This document shows, piece after piece, positions 1 through 11,923 of a stretch of 64,000 bases of DNA. The notes below the pieces were generated by a model. The model saw only the letters and a list, made by a program, of their open reading frames with translations, did not search any database and was not told where the DNA came from. The first letter of the stretch is position 1. The number at the start of each line of letters is the position of its first letter. A program made the position numbers and the translations under genes. Location: positions 1,831 to 65,830 of the forward strand of contig JAZKCF010000008.1 in NCBI GenBank assembly GCA_040388195.1, written 5' to 3'. This DNA comes from Pseudomonadota bacterium (lineage in GTDB: Bacteria; Pseudomonadota; Gammaproteobacteria; Burkholderiales; DATLHW01).

Positions 1-475
1 ACTCTTCCGCTCGGGTCACCGTGCGATTAGCGATGGTAATCATACTTGGCCCCTCCGCAAACAGCGGAAGGATTACACCGCGTGCCGCGCCCCCCGCACC
101 AAGTAACAAAACGTTGCGCCCCTGCATGGAAAAACAGAGGTTATGAGTAATATCACGGACCAATCCGGCACCGTCCGTATTGTCTCCAGCAGTTTCTCCC
201 GCGTTAAAGGAAAGCGTGTTTACCGCTCCCGCAGCCTGCGCGCGCTTGCTGAGACGATGCGCAAACTCGAACGCCTCGAGCTTAAAGGGAATTGTGACGT
301 TAAGCCCCTTACCCCCAGATTGAATAAAACTAGCCACCGCCCTCCTAAAATCATTCAACGGAGCTAATAAGGTAGAGTAAGTTAACGGCTCGCCTGTTTG
401 ACGAGCAAACTCTGCATGGATTTGCGGCGATTTACTATGCGCAACGGGATTGCCAATTACAGCGTAGCGGTCCAT
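1..475 (-). CDS. aroE: shikimate dehydrogenase AroE, N-terminal part (gene runs off left edge)
   Basis: Open-ended, so absent from the ORF track. My own minus-strand translation from the ATG at 475 reads MDRYAVIGNPVAHSKSPQIHAEFARQTGEPLTYSTLLAPL...NVTIPFKLEAF...GAVNTL...GDNTDGAGLVRD...LLLGAGGAARGV, which are typical AroE substrate and NADP motifs. Confidence 0.85.
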   Translation of the reverse strand, partial: MDRYAVIGNPVAHSKSPQIHAEFARQTGEPLTYSTLLAPLNDFRRAVASFIQSGGKGLNVTIPFKLEAFEFAHRLSKRAQAAGAVNTLSFNAGETAGDNTDGAGLVRDITHNLCFSMQGRNVLLLGAGGAARGVILPLFAEGPSMITIANRTVTRAEE

Positions 476-484
476 TTTCCGAAA

Positions 485-937
485 CTAACTCTGCACCCAG
501 GGCAGACCGGCCTTACGCCAACCACCTATCGAGTCACGGTGACCGGCCTGATCCTTATCACCTTGAAATCCCTCCAGCACATTGTAACTATCCCGATAAC
601 CTAACTCTGTCGCCAAAACCGCTGCCGCATGCGACCGACCGCCAGAACGGCAAATAAATATAGTGAGCGATTCAGGAGCGACTTGTTCTTTCAACTCAGC
701 AACGAAATTAGGGTTAAGTTGCCCGCCGGGGTAAGTATTCCATTCGATCTGCACGCTGCCGGGAATTTTGCCGATCCAATCCCATTCTGCTCGAGTCCGT
801 ACGTCGACTAATTTGGCGCCCGGCGTCGACGTTATTATTGCGAAGGCTTCCGCTGGCGTAAGCGCTCCTTCATAAAGAAAATTACCTTCGCGTGCACGCG
901 CTTGAGCACGCGCTAAAATTTCACTGATTGTTTCCAT
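485..937 (-). CDS. rhodanese-like sulfurtransferase
   Basis: 150 aa single rhodanese domain with the active-site loop CRSGGRS. Confidence 0.8.
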   Translation of the reverse strand: METISEILARAQARAREGNFLYEGALTPAEAFAIITSTPGAKLVDVRTRAEWDWIGKIPGSVQIEWNTYPGGQLNPNFVAELKEQVAPESLTIFICRSGGRSHAAAVLATELGYRDSYNVLEGFQGDKDQAGHRDSIGGWRKAGLPWVQS

Positions 938-1141
938 GGCATACCTCTCTATCTCTTGAACCCTTCTATAAATAGTAAGAAGCAGCTTCTACTTCGTGCA
1001 AGAGTTAGCCTAAAACTCTAAACATCTGCACTACAAATCGAGCCACCCAGGGAATTTTATAGAGGCACTTCAGTTGTTGTCATACAAAAATGCTTCGATA
1101 TGATACGAATTTTATGTCAGCTTGGAAGAAGCACCGAAACC

Positions 1142-1158
1142 CGCACCAATATGGAGCC
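1142..1158. promoter_or_regulatory. putative NtrC enhancer site upstream of glnA
   Basis: cGCACCAataTGGaGCc resembles the TGCACCA-N3-TGGTGCA consensus. Extra GCACC half-sites lie near 1130 and 1173, about 95 bp upstream of the sigma-54 element. Confidence 0.35.
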
Positions 1159-1249
1159 TTTAGGGGTAATCACGCACCAAAAATGAGTATAGAATTCGCT
1201 GTCCTGCGAAAAAGCGATTATGGCACAATGCCTGTCCTGCCGGCTTCGT

Positions 1250-1265
1250 TGGCACACTTTCTGCT
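1250..1265 (+). promoter_or_regulatory. sigma-54 (-24/-12) promoter candidate for glnA
   Basis: TGGCACactttCTGCT has GG and GC spaced as in TGGCAC-N5-TTGC, about 100 nt upstream of the glnA ATG. Confidence 0.55.
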
Positions 1266-1364
1266 ACGACTCATTCGTTTATTTATTACCAAGCTTAAGG
1301 TCTGCTAACGATTGAGACCAACGACCAATCGTTAACAGACCTCAAATTATTAGGAGAGACAGAG

Positions 1365-2774
1365 ATGGCGATCGCCGATGTACTAAAGTTGATTAAGGAC
1401 AACGAGGTCAAATTTATTGACTTTCGTTTTACTGACACACGCGGTAAAGAACAGCACGTTTCCGTGCCAGCCAAAGCATTTGACGAATCGAAATTCTCTG
1501 AAGGCCACGCCTTTGATGGCTCCTCGATCGCTGGCTGGAAGGGGATCGAATCCTCGGACATGCTGTTAATGCCCGACCCGACTTCCGCTCGCATGGATCC
1601 ATTCCTAGATGAACCAACCCTGTTATTAACCTGTGATGTGCTCGAACCATCCACCGGCAAAGGTTATGACCGCGACCCCCGTTCGCTGGCAAAACGCGCC
1701 GAAGCTTATTTAAAGTCCACGGGTATTGGCGATGTAGCTTACTTTGGACCAGAACCCGAATTTTTCATTTTCGATTCCGTGGAATGGAAAGTGGATATGG
1801 CCGGCTCTTATTGCAAAATCTTCTCTGAAGAAGCCCCATGGTCCAGCGATCAAAAATTTGACGGTGGCAACTTTGGTCATCGTCCTTCCGTAAAAGGTGG
1901 TTATTTCCCGGTTCCTCCTGTCGATTCCTTACAGGACATTCGCTCTGCAATGTGCTTGGCCCTCGAAGATATGGGCGTAGAAGTAGAAGTGCATCACCAC
2001 GAAGTCGCTGGTCCTGGCCAGTGCGAAATCGGCACCAAGTTTGCCCCGCTGGTACAACGCGCGGACTGGTTGCAAGTGCTGAAGTATGTCGTACATAACG
2101 TCGCCCATAGCTACGGCAAGACAGCGACATTCATGCCAAAACCTGTCGTTGGTGACAATGGGTCCGGCATGCACGTACACCAATCCATCTGGAAAGATGG
2201 CAAAAACTTATTCGCGGGCAATGGCTATGCCGGCCTGTCAGAATTCGCGCTTTACTTCATCGGTGGCACCATCAAACATGCTCGCGCACTGAACGCAATC
2301 ACCAACCCAGGCACCAACTCCTACAAGCGCTTGGTACCTGGCTTTGAAGCACCGGTGAAATTAGCCTACTCCGCCCGTAATCGCTCTGCATCTATCCGCA
2401 TTCCATTCGTGCAATCTGATAAAGCTCGCCGAATCGAAGTACGCTTCCCCGATCCAATGGCCAACCCATATCTCGCTTTTGCAGCATTGATGATGGCTGG
2501 CCTGGATGGCGTTCAAAACAAAATTCATCCTGGCGATCCGGCCGACAAAAATCTTTACGATTTGCCTCCGGAAGAAGACGCGAAAATCCCAACCGTTTGT
2601 TCTAGCCTCGATCAAGCGCTGGAATATCTGGACAAGGATCGTGAATTCCTTACGCGCGGCGGCGTTTTCTCTAACGACATGATCGATGCTTATATCGCAT
2701 TGAAGATGGAAGAAGTTACGCGCTTCCGTATGACTACTCACCCAATTGAATTCGAGATGTACTACAGTCTATAA
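1365..2774 (+). CDS. glnA: glutamine synthetase type I
   Basis: 469 aa, full-length GSI signature, including the adenylylation-site context [10 protein letters not shown]. Confidence 0.97.
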   Translation: MAIADVLKLIKDNEVKFIDFRFTDTRGKEQHVSVPAKAFDESKFSEGHAFDGSSIAGWKGIESSDMLLMPDPTSARMDPFLDEPTLLLTCDVLEPSTGKGYDRDPRSLAKRAEAYLKSTGIGDVAYFGPEPEFFIFDSVEWKVDMAGSYCKIFSEEAPWSSDQKFDGGNFGHRPSVKGGYFPVPPVDSLQDIRSAMCLALEDMGVEVEVHHHEVAGPGQCEIGTKFAPLVQRADWLQVLKYVVHNVAHSYGKTATFMPKPVVGDNGSGMHVHQSIWKDGKNLFAGNGYAGLSEFALYFIGGTIKHARALNAITNPGTNSYKRLVPGFEAPVKLAYSARNRSASIRIPFVQSDKARRIEVRFPDPMANPYLAFAALMMAGLDGVQNKIHPGDPADKNLYDLPPEEDAKIPTVCSSLDQALEYLDKDREFLTRGGVFSNDMIDAYIALKMEEVTRFRMTTHPIEFEMYYSL

Positions 2775-2795
2775 AGCGAACGCGTGTATCAAAAA

Positions 2796-2820
2796 GGACG
2801 GGAATTCCCGTCCTTTTTTT
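2796..2820 (+). terminator. rho-independent terminator after glnA
   Basis: GGACGGG-AATT-CCCGTCC stem-loop followed by a T7 run. Confidence 0.8.
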
Positions 2821-2913
2821 ATGTCTTTTGCTTTTGTGCCAACAACGACTATAAACAAAACGGCTGAATGAAAGTTGCCTAAAGCCGATGGCTTAGCTTA
2901 GACTGGAATCATC

Positions 2914-3387
2914 TTGTCGGATCAGATATTTATGCGATCAATTCTATTTATCGGTTTAAGTTTTTCCCTTACATTCCCAGCTTATGCAGAGATCTACAAA
3001 TACGTAGATGAGGGCGGCCGCGTTACCTACTCCAATCTGCCCATAAAAGGTGGAAAGAAAGTGGATTTACCGGAAGTGTCGTCAATGCCAATGCCTGCGC
3101 CAAAACCATCGCAGACAACCGCCCCCTCCAATTTCCCTAAGGTAGATGGCAAAACACAAAGGGATCGCGACGATGTGCGAAGAAAAATTCTGGAAGATGA
3201 ACTAAAGACCGAGGAAAAAGCTTTATCCCAAGCGCAGCAGGCACTACAAGAAGGCGAAGGCGTGCGTAATGGTAACGAAAAAAATTATCAAAAATACCTC
3301 GATCGAATACAGGGGCTGAAAGATAACTTAGATCTACACGAGAAAAACGTTTCCGCGATCCGCAAAGAGCTTGCTGGATTGAAATAA
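2914..3387 (+). CDS. DUF4124-like secreted protein
   Basis: Signal peptide followed by YKYVDEGGRVTYSNLP, the typical DUF4124 N-terminus. It sits between glnA and ntrB. The ATG at 2932 may be the true start (2914 is TTG). Confidence 0.7.
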   Translation: MSDQIFMRSILFIGLSFSLTFPAYAEIYKYVDEGGRVTYSNLPIKGGKKVDLPEVSSMPMPAPKPSQTTAPSNFPKVDGKTQRDRDDVRRKILEDELKTEEKALSQAQQALQEGEGVRNGNEKNYQKYLDRIQGLKDNLDLHEKNVSAIRKELAGLK

Positions 3388-3411
3388 AAACACTGGCTTA
3401 CATCTTGCTTA

Positions 3412-4503
3412 ATGCGAGTGGATAACATCCTTCCGCTCACTAGAATGAAAGCATCACCTTATCCCAGCCTCGATCTCCTGAGCACTGCCGTCCTGCTACT
3501 GAATCACCGTTTGCTGATTCAGTATGCAAATCCAGCGGCGGAAATTCTATTTGGCTTGAATCGCACTACATCGACTCGAACCCCCTTAGATCAACTGTTA
3601 GTAGGTAGCGAAATATTTAGCGCGACGCTACATACCGTGCTTGATAGTAACGCGGGGTACAACGAACATGATTTAACACTTACCGGACCGAATCAGATCC
3701 CATTGCAGATGAGTTGTACGATCACACCAGTGGATTTTGATGGCGCAGCAGTGCTGCTTGAGTTCCGGCAGATGGATCAACAATTGCGCCTTGCTCGCGA
3801 GGAGCGAATTCGCGAACATCAAGAATACAACCGCGAACTAATCCGTAATCTTGCTCATGAAATCCGCAATCCTCTCGGCGGCATCCGTGGCGCGGCACAA
3901 CTGCTGGAGCGAGAGTTGTCACGTCCTGACTTGCATGAATACACCGGCGTTATTATCGAAGAAACTAGCCGACTACAAGCACTGATGGATCGATTGCTTA
4001 CACCTCACCGCCCGCCGCAATTTACTTCGCTTAACATTCACGAAGTGCTGGAACGAGTCAAAAGCCTTATTCTTGCCGAATCGCAAGAAAGCCTTACCAT
4101 TCGGCGCGATTACGACGTCAGTCTGCCGACTATCGTAGGCGACAAGGAACAGCTTATCCAAGCGATATTAAATATAGCCCGCAATGCAGCCCAAGCACTA
4201 CAAGGCACAGGAGAGATCACGCTTCGCACGCGAGTCGCCAGGCAAGTAACACTCGCCAAGAAACGCTATCGGCATGCAGTGCAAATAGCGATTATCGATA
4301 ATGGGCCGGGGATTCCGGAAGAGATAAGGGACAAGATTTTTTATCCGCTCGTTACCGGTCGCCACGGCGGCAACGGACTCGGCTTGTCGCTCGCACAACA
4401 TTATGTTCAGCAACACCACGGCACCATCGAATTCACGACGCAATCCGAGCATACTTGCTTCATAATTTCTCTTCCGATCATTAACAATAATGGAGAAAAA
4501 TGA
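3412..4503 (+). CDS. ntrB: nitrogen regulation sensor histidine kinase NtrB
   Basis: H-box HEIRNPLGGIRGAAQLL, N/G boxes (NGPGIP, GGNGLGL), position upstream of ntrC. Confidence 0.9.
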   Translation: MRVDNILPLTRMKASPYPSLDLLSTAVLLLNHRLLIQYANPAAEILFGLNRTTSTRTPLDQLLVGSEIFSATLHTVLDSNAGYNEHDLTLTGPNQIPLQMSCTITPVDFDGAAVLLEFRQMDQQLRLAREERIREHQEYNRELIRNLAHEIRNPLGGIRGAAQLLERELSRPDLHEYTGVIIEETSRLQALMDRLLTPHRPPQFTSLNIHEVLERVKSLILAESQESLTIRRDYDVSLPTIVGDKEQLIQAILNIARNAAQALQGTGEITLRTRVARQVTLAKKRYRHAVQIAIIDNGPGIPEEIRDKIFYPLVTGRHGGNGLGLSLAQHYVQQHHGTIEFTTQSEHTCFIISLPIINNNGEK

Positions 4504-4550
4504 ACATCCTGATTTCGGGCTTCACGCAGTATTACTTTACTTAAATAAAT

Positions 4551-5963
4551 ATGAATCCTGTCTGGATTATTGACGATGATCGCTCCATTCGCTGGGTGTT
4601 CGAAAAAGCACTTACTCGTGAAAATATCAACTTCAAAACATTCTCAAGTACAGAGGAAGCACTCATCGCGCTACGGTCATCATCGCCGCAAGTTGTCGTC
4701 AGCGATATTCGGATGCCAGGCGCATCCGGCCTCGATCTTCTACAAACGCTAAAAGAAAAAATACCGCATATGCCGGTCATCATCATGACGGCGTATTCCG
4801 ACCTTGAAAGTGCAGTGTCGGCCTTTCAAGGTGGCGCATTCGAATATCTACCCAAGCCATTCGATGTAGACCACGCAATCGAACTTATTCGCCGCGCGCT
4901 TGAAGATAGCGTGCGCAGCAACGAAGAAACATCCGTAGTAGAAACTATGCCTGATCTCCTCGGGCAAGCGCCTGCTATGCAGGAGGTGTTTCGTGCGGTG
5001 GGCCGACTGAGTCAATCACACGCAACTGTTTTGATTACAGGCGAATCGGGCACCGGCAAGGAGTTAGTGGCAAGAGCACTGCATCGCCATAGCCCGCGTG
5101 CCTCAAAGCCGTTTATTGCCATCAACACGGCGGCCATTCCCAAAGACTTGCTCGAATCAGAATTATTCGGCCATGAACGTGGCGCATTTACCGGTGCGCA
5201 ACAAATGCGGCGAGGCCGTTTTGAACAAGCCGATGGTGGGACATTATTCTTGGATGAAATCGGCGATATGCCTGCCGATTTACAAACGCGACTTCTGCGC
5301 GTGTTATCGGATGGTAAGTTCTATCGTATTGGCGGCCATCAACCTACCGGTGCCAATGTACGCGTCATTGCCGCTACCCATCAGGATTTGGAAGCACGGG
5401 TAAAACAGAATTTATTTCGCGAAGATTTGTTTCATCGCTTAAATGTCATTCGTTTACGCTTGCCTTCGTTGCGTGAACGACGTGAAGACATTCCAATCTT
5501 GGCACGTCATTTTTTGCAAAAGAGCGCGCAGGAACTAGGGGTGGATACAAAACGCCTCTCAGATACAGCGATGCAGTTCCTGCAAAAGCAGGACTATCCT
5601 GGAAATGTCCGTCAATTAGAGAATATTTGTCACTGGCTGACGGTCATGGCGCTCGGGCAAATTATAGAAGTTAAAGACCTTCCCCCAGAATTATTAAAAA
5701 CTGGTTCTGAAAACGTGGAAAGCAGTAGTTGGTATACGCTCTTGGAGCGAGAAGCGGCGAGAATGTTAGTTCACGGCGAAACCGGAATCATGGACGCCCT
5801 GACTCGTCAGTTCGAAAAATCTCTAATCACGCAAGCGTTACAACACACCGGCGGCCGCCGCATCGAAGCAGCGAACTTGCTTGGCATTGGGCGAAACACG
5901 CTGACTCGAAAAGTTCAAGAATTAGGACTGGACAATCGGGAGTCTCCAAATGAGTCAGACTGA
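4551..5963 (+). CDS. ntrC: sigma-54-dependent response regulator NtrC
   Basis: Receiver domain, AAA+ domain (GESGTGKE, GAFTGA) and a C-terminal Fis-type HTH. Confidence 0.93.
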   Translation: MNPVWIIDDDRSIRWVFEKALTRENINFKTFSSTEEALIALRSSSPQVVVSDIRMPGASGLDLLQTLKEKIPHMPVIIMTAYSDLESAVSAFQGGAFEYLPKPFDVDHAIELIRRALEDSVRSNEETSVVETMPDLLGQAPAMQEVFRAVGRLSQSHATVLITGESGTGKELVARALHRHSPRASKPFIAINTAAIPKDLLESELFGHERGAFTGAQQMRRGRFEQADGGTLFLDEIGDMPADLQTRLLRVLSDGKFYRIGGHQPTGANVRVIAATHQDLEARVKQNLFREDLFHRLNVIRLRLPSLRERREDIPILARHFLQKSAQELGVDTKRLSDTAMQFLQKQDYPGNVRQLENICHWLTVMALGQIIEVKDLPPELLKTGSENVESSSWYTLLEREAARMLVHGETGIMDALTRQFEKSLITQALQHTGGRRIEAANLLGIGRNTLTRKVQELGLDNRESPNESD

Positions 5964-6095
5964 TTATTAATAAAGAAACAATCCGCTTACACCTCAGGAA
6001 TGGGTTAGTTCCGCGCCTCCGCCTACCTGTGGCGAATTGCTTTTTCTAGGTACAATGGCGTCTCGTTTTATGTGTCGCATCCACAGAGACCTCCC

Positions 6096-7703
6096 ATGAA
6101 CACCTCAGTCCCCAATTCCGTTCCAGGCGTCCAAATTTTAGGACGCGTTACTCCAGAATATGCCCAAATCCTCACGCCCGAAGCTATCGCATTCGTTGCT
6201 AAGCTTTGCAAGACGTTCGAACCCCGCCGTCAGGAGCTATTAGCAAAACGCCTACAACGGCAAAACGATTTAGACGCTGGCATGCTGCCGGATTTTCTAC
6301 CCGAAACGCAGCAAATCCGGACGGCTGAATGGACCGTCGCGCCGCAACCGGCGGATCTACAAGATCGTCGCGTGGAAATCACCGGCCCCGTCGAGCGCAA
6401 AATGGTCATCAACGCCTTCAACTCCGGCGCCAAGATCTACATGACCGACTTCGAGGATTCCAACTGCCCGAAGTGGGACAATAATCTGCAGGGACACATC
6501 AATCTGCGCGATGCAATTCGCCGCACCATCTCCTATACCAACGAAGCCGGGAAAACTTATCAGCTAAACGACAAAGTCGCAGCCCTAATGGTTCGCCCCC
6601 GTGGCTGGCATTTGCCAGAGAAATTTATTCTTGTCGATGGCAAACCTGTTTCTGGCGGCATCGTAGATTTCGGTCTTTTTTTCTTCCACAACGCAAAGGA
6701 GCTGCTTGCGCGTGGCTCTGGCCCTTATTTTTATTTGCCGAAGATGGAATCGCACCTGGAAGCACGCTTATGGAACGATATTTTTTGCATGGCCCAAGAC
6801 GAACTCGGCATTGCACGCGGCACCATTAAGGCCACCGTACTAATTGAAACGATTCTCGCCGCCTTCGAGATGGAAGAAATCCTTTATGAATTGCGCGAAC
6901 ACAGCGCCGGACTTAATGCAGGCCGTTGGGATTACATCTTCTCCTGTATCAAAAAATTCCGCACCAATAAAGATTTCTGTTTAGCAGATCGCGTTCGCAT
7001 CACGATGACCGTGCCATTTATGCGCGCCTACGCGCTGTTATTGTTAAAAACTTGCCATAAGCGCAACGCGCCAGCCATTGGTGGCATGGCAGCATTAATT
7101 CCGATCAAAAATGATCCAGCAGCTAATGAGAAAGCATTGGCTGGCGTACGGGCTGACAAGGAACGAGACTCTACCGACGGCTACGATGGCGGATGGGTGG
7201 CGCATCCAGGACTGGTGCCTATTGCAATGGAAGCGTGGGATAAAGTGATGCCTACGCCAAATCAAATTAACAAAAAACGGGATGATATTAACGTCACCGC
7301 AGCCGATCTACTCAATTTCCAGCCAGAACAGCCAATCACCGAAACCGGTATGCGTCAAAACATCAACGTCGGCATCCAGTACTTGGGTTCTTGGCTTGGC
7401 GGTAACGGATGCGTGCCGATTCATAATTTAATGGAAGACGCCGCAACCGCTGAAATATCCCGTTCGCAAGTCTGGCAGTGGATTCGCTCGCCGAAAGGCG
7501 TATTAGACGACGGACGTAAAGTAACCACAGAAATGGTGCGCAGCTTGATTCCGCAAGAATTGGAAAAAATCCGTGCTGAATATGGCGATGCAGCCTTCAA
7601 CACCACCCCATATAGCGAAGCAGCTAAGATGTTCGAAGAAATGTCTACTTCGGAACAGTTCGCGGAATTTTTGACGTTGCCAGCATATGAGCGAATTAGC
7701 TAA
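6096..7703 (+). CDS. aceB: malate synthase A
   Basis: About 535 aa with [12 protein letters not shown] and other malate synthase A motifs. The ORF track starts at GTG 6072; the ATG at 6096 gives the usual N-terminal length. Confidence 0.9.
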   Translation: MNTSVPNSVPGVQILGRVTPEYAQILTPEAIAFVAKLCKTFEPRRQELLAKRLQRQNDLDAGMLPDFLPETQQIRTAEWTVAPQPADLQDRRVEITGPVERKMVINAFNSGAKIYMTDFEDSNCPKWDNNLQGHINLRDAIRRTISYTNEAGKTYQLNDKVAALMVRPRGWHLPEKFILVDGKPVSGGIVDFGLFFFHNAKELLARGSGPYFYLPKMESHLEARLWNDIFCMAQDELGIARGTIKATVLIETILAAFEMEEILYELREHSAGLNAGRWDYIFSCIKKFRTNKDFCLADRVRITMTVPFMRAYALLLLKTCHKRNAPAIGGMAALIPIKNDPAANEKALAGVRADKERDSTDGYDGGWVAHPGLVPIAMEAWDKVMPTPNQINKKRDDINVTAADLLNFQPEQPITETGMRQNINVGIQYLGSWLGGNGCVPIHNLMEDAATAEISRSQVWQWIRSPKGVLDDGRKVTTEMVRSLIPQELEKIRAEYGDAAFNTTPYSEAAKMFEEMSTSEQFAEFLTLPAYERIS

Positions 7704-7937
7704 TCTGATTTAGTAAAATGCCAAAAAGTCATGGGCAAAGCATTCTTTTCCCATGACGCTCTTACACACATCGCCAACTTTTTTATTTTTCCTTCAACCA
7801 AACCAAGATAGCTAAGTTATTCCAACAACATCAAAACCTTTGTTTCTCGCATAAAAGTATGGGCAACTATAAAAGTTTTCCCTTTGGGGTACTAAAGATT
7901 TTGGTTTAGACTTGTCTTTTTTCTGTCAGTTGTCGCT

Positions 7938-8180
7938 ATGTCCACACACGGACAATCGTCTCAAGATCCCACTTTCGAAAGTGCACTCAAAGAACTGGAA
8001 GGAACCGTCACCCGTATGGAAGCCGGTCAAATGACGCTAGAAGAGGCGTTGGAAAGCTATCGGCGCGGAACGGAACTACTAAAGTTTTGCCAGAGCCAGT
8101 TGAATGAAGCACAGCAACAAGTCCGGGTACTCGAAGGCGATTTACTGAAACCATTTTCGGAAAATCAAAGTGAGCCCTAA
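7938..8180 (+). CDS. xseB: exodeoxyribonuclease VII small subunit
   Basis: 80 aa with FESALKELEGTVTRME...LEEAL, typical XseB, upstream of ispA-dxs. Confidence 0.9.
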   Translation: MSTHGQSSQDPTFESALKELEGTVTRMEAGQMTLEEALESYRRGTELLKFCQSQLNEAQQQVRVLEGDLLKPFSENQSEP

Positions 8181-9075
8181 CGCAAATCAGGAAGTATTGG
8201 TTTGGATGCACCGAATTCAGGAAGATGTCGAAACCACGCTACGCGAGGTCTTACCTACCGCATCGGTGGTCCCTAAACGTTTGCACGATGCAATGCGTTA
8301 CTCTGTATTAGAAGGCGGAAAGCGCATACGCCCCCTGCTGGTATATGCCGCAGGAGAAGTTACTGAGGGGCCACCTAAACGTTTGCGCATCGCAGCTGCA
8401 GCAGTGGAGTTGATTCATTGCTACTCCCTCGTCCATGACGATTTGCCGTGCATGGACAACGACGTACTACGTCGCGGTAAACCCACTTGCCATGTGGAAT
8501 ACGACGTACCCACAGCAATGCTTGTCGGCGATAGCTTGCAAAGCTTGGCATTCCAGTTGGTATCCGAGTACATCCTAGCCGAAGATCGAGAGACACAGCT
8601 CACCATGATCAAACTCCTAGCGCAAGCTAGCGGCTCTCGAGGAATGGCGGGCGGACAGGCAATTGATCTCGCGAGTACCGGTAAAGCTCTCAGCCTCCCG
8701 GAATTGGAATTGATGCATATCCATAAAACGGGAGCGCTCATTAGAGCGTCGGTCTTGCTTGGCGTTTATTGCGGTCAACCGTTAGAAGAAGAAGAACTTG
8801 AGCATCTAGATCATTATGCGAAATGTACCGGATTGGCCTTCCAGGTTGTTGATGACATTCTCGATACCGAAGCGGATACAGCCACATTAGGTAAAACCGC
8901 CGGCAAAGATGCCAATAATGAAAAACCGACCTACGTCAGCATTATGGGAGCAACAGCAGCAAAGGGATTTGCCGACGAACTCTATGAGGACGCCATTAGC
9001 GCATTAAGCGGATTTGACAGCCGCGCCGATCGACTGCGGCAACTCGCTGCTTATATCGTTAAACGACAATACTAA
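8170..9075 (+). CDS. ispA: farnesyl diphosphate synthase
   Basis: Two Asp-rich motifs (LVHDDLPCMD, VVDDILD). The start is GTG 8170; the ATG at 8206 is an alternative. Confidence 0.88.
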   Translation: MSPNANQEVLVWMHRIQEDVETTLREVLPTASVVPKRLHDAMRYSVLEGGKRIRPLLVYAAGEVTEGPPKRLRIAAAAVELIHCYSLVHDDLPCMDNDVLRRGKPTCHVEYDVPTAMLVGDSLQSLAFQLVSEYILAEDRETQLTMIKLLAQASGSRGMAGGQAIDLASTGKALSLPELELMHIHKTGALIRASVLLGVYCGQPLEEEELEHLDHYAKCTGLAFQVVDDILDTEADTATLGKTAGKDANNEKPTYVSIMGATAAKGFADELYEDAISALSGFDSRADRLRQLAAYIVKRQY

Positions 9076-9079
9076 ATAA

Positions 9080-10957
9080 ATGACTTATAAAATCCTAAAT
9101 CAAATTGATAATCCAGCCCAGCTACGAACGCTGGACCGGCGTGAATTGCCACATTTAGCGGGTGAATTGCGTAATTTTATTATCCGGTCGGTTGCTTCAA
9201 CCGGTGGGCATTTTTCGTCCAATTTAGGCACCATCGAGCTTACCGTCGCCTTGCATTACGTCTTCAACACACCTTTTGATCGTTTAGTGTGGGACGTGGG
9301 CCATCAAACCTATGCCCACAAGGTGCTTACAGGTAGACGTGCGGGAATGGCTAAACTTCGTCAAAGAGGCGGCGTCGCGGGCTTTCCGCGCCGAGAAGAA
9401 AGCGAATACGACACTTTTGGCGTTGCACATTCCAGCACATCCATTTCCGCGGCCTTAGGTATGGCAGTTGCCTCGCGGCTGGAAAATCAAAACCGCAAAG
9501 TAATAGCAATTATTGGCGACGGAGCGATGACCGCAGGCATGGCATTTGAGGCACTTAACAACGCCGAGTCCACCAGTGCGGACATGCTAGTGATACTTAA
9601 CGATAATGACATGTCCATTTCTCCACCGGTTGGTGCGTTAAACAACTACCTGGCTAAGCTGATGTCGGGAACGTTTTACTCCACTTTGCGCGAAGGCAGC
9701 GATCGCTTGCTTCGCGTCGCACCTCCCATTCATGAATTCGCCAAACGCGCCGAGGAACACGTAAAAGGTATGGTGACGCCGGGTACATTGTTTGAGGAAT
9801 TTGGCTTTAACTATATCGGCCCCATTGATGGTCATGATTTAGATGTGTTGGTACCGACGCTGACCAATCTGAGCAAGCTAAGGGGTTTGCAGTTTCTGCA
9901 TGTCATTACCAAAAAGGGTAAGGGCTATCCACCTGCGGAAAAAGACCCGATTCTTTATCATGGGCCGGGTAAATTCGATCCTGCTGTAGGTATCGTCGCC
10001 AAGCCAGCAACTAAACCGTCATATTCGAAAATATTCGGTGATTGGCTATGCGACATGGCCGCACAGGATAAAAAATTGGTTAGCATTACGCCGGCCATGC
10101 GCGAAGGCTCCGGCATGGTCGAATTTTCAGAAAAATTTCCGGACCGCTATTTTGATGTAGGCATAGCCGAACAGCACGCTGTGACGTTCGCAGCCGGTCT
10201 TGCGTGTGAAGGATTGAAGCCGGTAATCGCCATTTACTCCACATTTCTGCAGCGCGCTTATGACCAAGCTATTCATGATGTCGCGTTGCAAAATCTTCCC
10301 GTAGTATTTGCAATAGACCGGGCTGGGCTAGTCGGTGCGGATGGCCCAACGCATGCGGGTAGCTTCGATTTGAGCTTCCTACGCTGCCTTCCAAACATGA
10401 CGATCATGGCTCCCAGCGATGAAAATGAATGCCGGCAAATGCTTTATACGGCGTTTAAACTGAGTACGCCAAGCGCAGTGCGATACCCTCGTGGCACCGG
10501 TCCTGGTGCAGTTATTCAGCAAGAAATGACCGCCTTGCCAATTGGTAAGGGCATCATCCGTCGTGAAGGTAAGCGTATTGCGATTTTGTCGTTTGGCGGA
10601 TTGCTAAGCCCGGCGCTTTCAGCAGCAGAGAAATTAAATACGACTGTCGCCGACATGCGCTTTGTCAAACCCTTAGACGAAGAGCTCATTTTTAAGCTCG
10701 CCACTAGTCATGATTTGCTAGTAACACTGGAAGAAAACACGATTCACGGGGGCGCAGGCACTGCTGTACTTGAATATCTCTCAGCACAATCCATCAGCGT
10801 GCCGACGTTAACCTTAGGGCTCCCCGATCAATTCATCGATCACGGCGATCCACAAGAAATGCTCAGCGAGTGCGGCCTGGATGCAGCAGGTATTGCCGAT
10901 TCTATCGCCGCAAAGTTATCTACAGTGTTCAAAACCGTGGACATAGCCGTACGCTGA
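9080..10957 (+). CDS. dxs: 1-deoxy-D-xylulose-5-phosphate synthase
   Basis: 625 aa with the TPP-binding motif [15 protein letters not shown] and the conserved xseB-ispA-dxs order. Confidence 0.95.
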   Translation: MTYKILNQIDNPAQLRTLDRRELPHLAGELRNFIIRSVASTGGHFSSNLGTIELTVALHYVFNTPFDRLVWDVGHQTYAHKVLTGRRAGMAKLRQRGGVAGFPRREESEYDTFGVAHSSTSISAALGMAVASRLENQNRKVIAIIGDGAMTAGMAFEALNNAESTSADMLVILNDNDMSISPPVGALNNYLAKLMSGTFYSTLREGSDRLLRVAPPIHEFAKRAEEHVKGMVTPGTLFEEFGFNYIGPIDGHDLDVLVPTLTNLSKLRGLQFLHVITKKGKGYPPAEKDPILYHGPGKFDPAVGIVAKPATKPSYSKIFGDWLCDMAAQDKKLVSITPAMREGSGMVEFSEKFPDRYFDVGIAEQHAVTFAAGLACEGLKPVIAIYSTFLQRAYDQAIHDVALQNLPVVFAIDRAGLVGADGPTHAGSFDLSFLRCLPNMTIMAPSDENECRQMLYTAFKLSTPSAVRYPRGTGPGAVIQQEMTALPIGKGIIRREGKRIAILSFGGLLSPALSAAEKLNTTVADMRFVKPLDEELIFKLATSHDLLVTLEENTIHGGAGTAVLEYLSAQSISVPTLTLGLPDQFIDHGDPQEMLSECGLDAAGIADSIAAKLSTVFKTVDIAVR

Positions 10958-11065
10958 TAAAGATAGAAATACGAAAAATTTAAAAATCAAACCAGAATTT
11001 CCGAGTAGTTTACTCAACTATTATGGATCACTATAATGTTGGCAAAGCTATCCGAGGAACAATCC

Positions 11066-11872
11066 ATGAATCAACGTGAACCCCTACCAATTCCCGACGT
11101 CCAAAATACCCCGGATACGCGGCGCCTCGCTATTGACCGTGTCGGCATAAAATCTATCCGCCATCCAGTCAAAGTACGAGACAAAACAAGCGGAATCCAA
11201 CATACCATCGCCAATTTCAACATGTATGTGTATCTCCCCCATCATTTCAAGGGAACACATATGTCTCGCTTCGTCGAAATTCTTAATAGCCAGGAACGAG
11301 AAATTTCTATCGAATCCTTTGGGACAATGTTGACTGGAATGGTCAAACGTCTCGAAGCCGAAGCAGGCCGCATTGAAATGAACTTCCCCTATTTCATTGA
11401 GAAAGCAGCTCCGATCTCCGGCGTGAAATCACTGTTGGACTATGATGTGACCTTCATTGGCGAAGTTGAAGACGGACTTATTAAACAAATGGTTAAGGTC
11501 GTAGTGCCAGTAACCAGTTTATGCCCCTGCTCAAAGAAGATCTCCGATTACGGCGCCCATAACCAGCGCTCGCATGTGACGATCACAGCGCAGACAAATG
11601 ATTTCGTTTGGATCGAGGAACTGGTACAAATTGCCGAGCGGCAAGCTTCGTGCGAGTTATTCGGATTGTTGAAGCGCCCGGATGAAAAATACGTAACCGA
11701 ACGTGCTTACGACAATCCTAAATTCGTAGAAGATTTAGTACGGGACGTAGCGGCCGAGCTCAACGCCGATTCGCGGATCGACGCTTATGTGGTGGAATCG
11801 GAGAACTTTGAATCCATCCACAATCATTCCGCATACGCGTTAATTGAACGCGATAAAAGAGTACAGGAATAA
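11066..11872 (+). CDS. folE2: GTP cyclohydrolase FolE2 (type IB)
   Basis: [26 protein letters not shown] and the CPCSK motif. The ATG at 11066 has a GAGGA 8 nt upstream; the ORF track starts at 11036. Confidence 0.85.
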   Translation: MNQREPLPIPDVQNTPDTRRLAIDRVGIKSIRHPVKVRDKTSGIQHTIANFNMYVYLPHHFKGTHMSRFVEILNSQEREISIESFGTMLTGMVKRLEAEAGRIEMNFPYFIEKAAPISGVKSLLDYDVTFIGEVEDGLIKQMVKVVVPVTSLCPCSKKISDYGAHNQRSHVTITAQTNDFVWIEELVQIAERQASCELFGLLKRPDEKYVTERAYDNPKFVEDLVRDVAAELNADSRIDAYVVESENFESIHNHSAYALIERDKRVQE

Positions 11873-11923
11873 ACAGTAACGCTGCTTTTACGCATTAGAA
11901 GCCATCCAAAATGGGGCTTCTAA

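Noticed and set aside
1221-1236. A first TGGCAC motif upstream of glnA as a sigma-54 promoter.
   Set aside because: There is no GC dinucleotide at the -12 spacing (TGGCACAATGCCTGTC). The second motif at 1250 fits the spacing.
1295-2741. Several 66-126-aa ORFs antisense to or out of frame with glnA (e.g. 1295-1660, 1765-2130, 2361-2741).
   Set aside because: They lie entirely inside a full-length, strongly recognisable glnA and have low-complexity, Arg/Ser-rich translations typical of shadow ORFs.
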